Shown here: one piece after another, positions 59,901-64,000 of the stretch
Position numbering within the stretch: position 1 is the first letter of the stretch
Layout of the letters: each line of letters opens with the position of its first letter
NCBI GenBank assembly: GCA_004764695.1
Contig: SMSO01000025.1
Coordinates: forward strand, 2,790,001 to 2,854,000
Direction: 5' to 3'
DNA: 64,000 bases
Source of the DNA: Schizochytrium sp. TIO01
Lineage: Eukaryota; Protista; Bigyra: Labyrinthulomycetes
Notes under the pieces: model-generated
What the model saw: the letters and a program-made list of their open reading frames with translations, nothing else
The model's database searches: none
Told to the model about the DNA's origin: nothing
Program-made: the position numbers and the translations under genes

Positions 59901-61425
59901 AAAATTGTCTTGACTATTGTAACTGCTTTTATTGAAGTTTTCCCGTAGCACCATTTAAAGATGGTCTCGATTTCTCCCTCGCTCCAAAATGAATAATGGC
60001 TGCGTGATTAGATAACAGGACATGGAGCAAGAACTATGATCTTAATCATGGGTCTTCTGTTGTTGATAATTCGTTGCTTTATTAATTTGGATAGACCAAT
60101 CTTGTTTAATATGCACTGTCAATGCTTTATATAAACTATCAATGATATAGATGTGCCTGTTGGTTTCCGAACTCTGAAAAACATGCTTTTGTTGGTGAAC
60201 TTCAAATCCAAGAAGCTCAAGTTAGAGACAACACGTCCCTTCGCTAAGATAGATAGATCTTAGATGAAGCTCTGATAACTTCAAGTCCTTAGCGAAGCCG
60301 TAAATAGAGTTCGTTCTATACAGTTCAGTGGGTATACTTGACACTCAGAGTCGTTTTATTCTTCTTTATTGAAAGAGAGACCCAAATTTATGTTTCAGCG
60401 TGAGGAAGCTAATGGGGCTACATTATGGACTACGTGCACAAATCTGCTTGATAGAACATACGTTTTCGGCCTGGTGTCATTAAAAGGAAAATGAAGGAGA
60501 GGCCGAATACTGGCTGGGGGCACATCTTTCGCGGGTTACGATGGGCACCCAGTATCTCCGGAGAAGCAGTTTCTGCATTAGAGGGATGATCAGTGATAGC
60601 CCCCGTTCGGGAGTGTCTCGTTGACATGTAAATACCTCCCTGAGTGCCAGTACCAGCCGATTTACCGCAGTTGTGTGGAGCCTACAGTAAGTAGGTAGGT
60701 AGTGCTTAGCATTAAGTTCGTGCAGAGCCTGGTTCGACACAGCAATGAAGAGCTTCACAAAGATCCAACGTAGGTCATCGCCAGCCTATGCTGGCCTGCA
60801 GACTCGCCCCCGCAAATCTCGCCCTTGGCTCCGTCAACCCGAACGAGAAAAGTCAACGCCCGCATCACATACGCGATCATGTCCATTTCGACATGCCGAT
60901 GCTGCGACTCGCGCATGTGCTATTCCTCTCCCTCTTGAGGTTGCCTCGACGCGCTTTCTCCGCCCAGAGGCCATTTCCTCAGCCTGCTTCTTGTCCTCCC
61001 ACGTACTGATCCTGTTTCTGTGGGCGGGCACGTACGTACGTACATCCATATATATCTACGTGCCTGCATACATACATACATACATAAATAAATACATACA
61101 TACATACATACCTGTAAGCCTTGGCTCCACCTGCATGTGCGTCAGGACTACCTCAGCCCTGCGGCGCATGCGTACGTGCATGCATGCATCCAACCAGCCA
61201 AACAAAGCCCAACGCGCCAGCGCTGCCGCCTGCTCACGAGCCTCCCTCCCTACGAGCCTCCGCGTCCTGTTGGCCGCCGTGCTGGAGCGCCTGTTGGCCG
61301 TGGGTCCAGTGCCAGCACTTCAGGAGCCAGAAAAATAAGACGCAGAGGGCTCCCGGCGCTCTTGGTTTTCGGGCTCCCAAGGTGCATCGTGGAGCAGCTG
61401 CCGAGAGCAGAGAAGCACTGCGTCA

Positions 61426-61569
61426 GAATGAATGAACGAATGAATGAATGAATGAATGAATGAATGAATGAATGAATGAATAAATGAATGACGCGGAATG
61501 ACGCGGAATGACTCGGAAGGAATGAATAAAAGAATGAATGAATGAATGAATGCATGAATGAATGAATGA
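61426..61569. repeat. Compound (GAAT)n microsatellite with a duplicated GAATGACGCG insert
   Basis: Visible run. Confidence 0.88.
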
Positions 61570-62808
61570 TGGACGTTCGTTCGAAAGGTGGACCAGAGAG
61601 CAGGAAGAGACCGCTGCCCAGCCGGAGTCGGCCCCGGCCGGAGCAAAACCAGAAGCTACAGGACCGCCGGGGTGCCGCCACGAGGGCTCGGGAACGAGCG
61701 GCCAGGTCTGTCTGTCTGTCAGTCTCCAGGCCTCGCGCGAGGTTCGTTGAAAAAGTCGCAGCTGTGGAAGTGAGGGAAAGTGCAAAATGGCTTCAGGAGG
61801 AGAAGCCAAACCTGAGAATAGCTTGTTAGCCAGAAGCCAACCAGCTTCTTCTGCACAACAGGCCCAGGGACGGACGCACTAAGTCCCGCTCAAAGCAGTA
61901 GCTTTTCGGCTTTTTATTCTCAAAGCTAAGCGGCAAGAGAAGCTCGAGTCGATTTTTCTTAAATATCTAATGAATATTTTTTCCTGCTGTAAAATTTTGA
62001 TTAGATTTAGAAATAAAATTTAAAAATAACATAAAATGTGGAAATCGCTTCCCCCCCCCCACTTGAAAAAAAATAAAAAAAATCAATGAAATGGGTCTAC
62101 GTTTGATTTCTTGGAATCACCTCTTCTTTCTATTTTTAAAGCAATAGACGAGTGCCAGTAGGTACGTACTGTGCTACGTACTGTGCAGAGCGTGGGAGTT
62201 AGGCAGGGAAAGCATAATATGCAACGAGCTTTGAAAATTTACACTGAGTAACCGCGGAAAGAAACCTCCATTTGCACAATTTCACTCTTCAAAGACCCCA
62301 CTAGTGTTATCAATAAATAAATTAAAAACGACAAAAGGTTTTCAATTAATTAAATAATTAAAGAACCATAACAATTCTAGTAAATAAAAATAAAGAAACT
62401 ATTTTATTTATCTATTTCTTAATAAGGGGAAAAAGGGGAAAACGAAATAAAACAAAAGAGTACATTCAATGTTTTTCAACAGTTGATGCCGCTTTTCCGC
62501 AGCTAGCTTCCCTTCTGAAAGGTCGCCCAAACGTCCCTCCCGATTCTCCGTTTCTCCAGGCACCATGAGCTAAGCGCGTCCTACAGCCTCCTCAGCCGCC
62601 CTTGGCAGTTTCCATCTCTCTCTCCCCGCGATCGTCCATGAAAACGTACAAAGCAAAACGATCCATTCCATCTCGGCAATCTAGCTGTACATAGCCGTGT
62701 CTTTCGCTCGTCTTTCGCAATCTCGCAGGTACATACATACACTCTCGACTGACGACTCAGAAGGCTAAAAATGGTGCCCTGAAGAGTGGAAAGCTTTCGT
62801 TCGTAATC

Positions 62809-62854
<46 letters not shown>
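62809..62854. repeat. (GATT)n microsatellite
   Basis: Visible run; a second imperfect (GATT)/(GGTT) run lies at ~63107-63212. Confidence 0.9.
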
Positions 62855-62855
<1 letters not shown>

Positions 62856-63380
62856 TGAGCTGATAGTCACTGTAGGCTCTGCTGTACAGTCCTGTTGACT
62901 GTAGTGCTACCTACCATACTGACTCACTGACTCTCTCACTTACAGGCTCTCGAGGTCAGTTTGAAAGTGAGAATGGACGATTGAATCCGTTACAACCGGC
63001 AGGGTATTAATTAAGCAAGGCGGTTTTCAAGGGACCGAATGCAGTCATAAGCAGGGAGGGTCAACAGCTCTCTACGGATCGTCATACGCATAGGTACAGT
63101 CTCACTCGATTGGCTAATTGATTAATTGATTGATTGATTGATTGGCTAATTGATTGATTGATTGATTGATTGATTGATAGGTTGATTGGTTGATTGGTTG
63201 GTTGGTTGTTGGCCGGTCGATTGATAAGGAAGAAGAATAAAGCGATTGGTCAATTTGACTCATCTTTACACTTGAAAGGATCAAGTCACACTGGCTATGC
63301 AGATCTCGACGAACGTCCTTCGATGGTGGCTATTTCATTGTGAAAGGAAATCCTCTTTCTTTCTTTATAACCCCAATGGC

Positions 63381-63443
63381 ATTGTTGTTGTTGTTTTTGT
63401 TGTTGTTGTTGTTGTTGTTGTTGTTTTCGTTGTTGTTGTTGTT
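63381..63443. repeat. (TTG)n microsatellite
   Basis: Visible run; produces the poly-Leu ORF 63340-63585. Confidence 0.9.
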
Positions 63444-64000
63444 AGCACTTTTACTTCTTGAGTCAATTATTTATTTACCTTTTTATGAAGAGGGTGAAAT
63501 GGCTGTCAGCCGGGGAGAAGCCAGGTACGTCATAAGACCAGGCTCGCAACGACACACACAGACACACCAATCCAGGAGGCGTTAACTATAAGAGATCGGC
63601 AAGTGTTCATGTGTGAAGGAGCACGAAAAAATAGAACTTTCGAGGACTCTACAAAATAGCATCACCAAGCAGGCTATTGGTCAAATAATGCGGTTTTACA
63701 GCCAAATGGCGTTTCTTACCTCATGACCTAGACTATCACTATTTTCGCTCTGTTTGAGTTCAATATTTTAAAAAAAGATCGGCCAAGTGCGAGTCATCTT
63801 GCAAAGTTCCTCGTGAAGTTCGTCAGGGCAGTCTAATAGTTTCTGTAGGCTTAGATTCACAAACAAGCTGATCCTTGTACAATGTGTTACACCATTGAGA
63901 CGGCCATCCAAGTAGGTTTTGCGATAGTGCTAAAACCGCAGCCTAGAAAATTAGCGCATTGTTTCATCGTATGACTTGGGGACACAGGATTGGATCGGTT

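Noticed and set aside
60745-61829. Cluster of overlapping 60-197 aa ORFs
   Set aside because: GC-rich and microsatellite-derived open frames on both strands with no protein-like motifs
63340-63585. Poly-Leu signal-peptide-like ORF
   Set aside because: Product of the (TTG)n microsatellite

Overview
Eukaryotic nuclear DNA: intron-poor, with coding regions separated by AT-rich, microsatellite-laden spacers. The gene content (mitochondrial HslV, flagellar CFAP61, HGGG-repeat zinc fingers, GMMCxxNC HMA motif) and overall style suggest a stramenopile protist, probably a thraustochytrid/labyrinthulomycete (inference, not verified). I support about 18 protein-coding genes in 1-53,720: glutathione synthetase (runs off the left edge, absent from the ORF track), a CaMKK-like kinase, HslV, a rolling-stone/AIG1-like membrane protein (1 intron), EBP2, an HMA-HMA-2OG/Fe(II) oxygenase fusion, CFAP61, a GT34 glycosyltransferase, two tandem WRKY19-like HGGG zinc-finger proteins, RPT4, ribokinase (1 intron), a Lec1/DUF3818-like protein with a probable MABP domain, a coiled-coil protein (1 intron), BRX1, NDUFB2, ATG3 and AFG3. 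The last ~10 kb has no credible CDS and is rich in simple repeats. I recognised no tRNA, rRNA, CRISPR array or intact mobile element. The most unusual items are the heavy-metal-associated domain/lysyl-hydroxylase-like oxygenase fusion, the His-rich (HQDVG)12 zinc-finger protein, the PX-less Lec1-like/MABP protein and a ~295-aa kinase activation segment. All family calls come from motif recognition by eye; no searches were run.
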